This document shows, piece after piece, positions 63,242 through 64,000 of a stretch of 64,000 nucleotides of DNA. This DNA is from Psammoneis japonica. Its lineage: Eukaryota. The stretch is from positions 62,001-126,000 of the forward strand of contig QPGO01000157.1 in the NCBI GenBank assembly GCA_008632985.1, written 5' to 3'. How positions within the stretch are numbered: the first letter of the stretch is position 1; each line of letters opens with the position of its first letter. The notes under the pieces were generated by a model. The model was not told where the DNA came from. It did no database searches and saw only the letters and a list, made by a program, of their open reading frames with translations. Position numbers and translations under genes: made by a program.

Positions 63242-64000
63242 ATGGCGCTTCCTTCCGCGTCCTGGGGCAGACATGCTCCCTCTCTTTCTAACCAGATCCC
63301 TGAAGAGCACTCGGATAATTCGTATCCAGAAGAACTTGATAACAACGGCTGTCCTAGCGAGGCTCAGTTAGTGTTGCTATGCTTAGACTACTTACGGGGC
63401 TTGAGACGAGCTTACTCCTCAGAAGATTTGTTCGAGGCAGAAGGTATTGACGCTGAATATCTCAGTCTCGCTGTATATGCTCTTTCGCGATCATTTACGA
63501 GGATCCCTTTGTCTTTGAAGAATGATCCGCATTTTTCAATCGATCTTTCTCGGAAACAGAAACAAGAGCACCTCGAAGAAGAAGGACTCTCGCCTCCTCC
63601 ACCAGAAGAGCCTCGTCTAGACGGACTGGTCATCCCTCATCTCGAAGAAATTCAACAAGAAATCATGTACATGAAGAACCCGAACGAGCCGTTGCAAAAC
63701 GACGGGGTGAACGACGAATCCAAGCAACCCCAGGAGGAAGAGGATCAGTGGAGTTGGTACCCGTACGACGATGATCACGTTAGCAATAGCCACCGCTTTT
63801 ACCCACTCAATGGTCTTGCAGCGGGCCCTTCGATAGCGGGACCTTTGACTTTGGGAGAGCTAGTTGCTGCTGGTCTGTCTGAATTTGGTGCCCGATCACG
63901 CTGTGATGCTGAAGAGGAAATGGTGCAGTCCCCGCTGTTTGATCAATTTTTCCACGCTGTTGAAGCCAAAGGTTTCTTTCGTGACTTGGATAAGGAGGAG
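63242..64000 (+). CDS. Partial CDS running off the window, possibly SGTA/Sgt2-like TPR co-chaperone N-terminus
   Basis: Open frame from ATG 63242 (MALPSASW...AQLVLLCLDYLR...DAEYLSLAVYAL) resembling the SGTA dimerisation helix pair. Confidence 0.45.
   Translation, partial: MALPSASWGRHAPSLSNQIPEEHSDNSYPEELDNNGCPSEAQLVLLCLDYLRGLRRAYSSEDLFEAEGIDAEYLSLAVYALSRSFTRIPLSLKNDPHFSIDLSRKQKQEHLEEEGLSPPPPEEPRLDGLVIPHLEEIQQEIMYMKNPNEPLQNDGVNDESKQPQEEEDQWSWYPYDDDHVSNSHRFYPLNGLAAGPSIAGPLTLGELVAAGLSEFGARSRCDAEEEMVQSPLFDQFFHAVEAKGFFRDLDKEE

Overview
Eukaryotic DNA, most likely from a diatom (70-100 nt GT-AG introns, CoDi-type Ty1/copia elements, a plastid-type signal on a BASS transporter). Ordinary host genes occupy ~1.8-15 kb and ~42-64 kb: two GlcNAc-transferase paralogs, a TEY MAP kinase, a C1GALT1-like glycosyltransferase, a TMTC-like protein, a HAD hydrolase, a MORC-like GHKL ATPase, an M50B peptidase, an NmrA-like protein and several frameshifted genes. 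Between them lies a ~26-kb nest of transposons (two copia elements, a TIR element, MITEs, an RLE-type LINE, an IS630-Tc1-mariner-like transposase) that also contains a ~4.7-kb inverted duplicate of 55.3-60.4 kb. The main observation is that the repeat domain has lost almost all TpA dinucleotides, converted to TpG or CpA (A:T->G:C at TpA on both strands). This turns conserved Tyr into Cys/His (RT YVDD->HVDD), differs between paired LTRs and TIRs, and extends into neighbouring duplicated host DNA, where it can be read against the unmutated copy. It looks like a repeat-targeted, RIP-like genome-defence mutator of opposite polarity (adenine instead of cytosine). I know of no description of it but could not search, and a base-calling artefact must be excluded. 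Secondary signals are TA-centred transposon excision footprints, CTAG-rich tracts and an unusually conserved intron. All counts are by eye.
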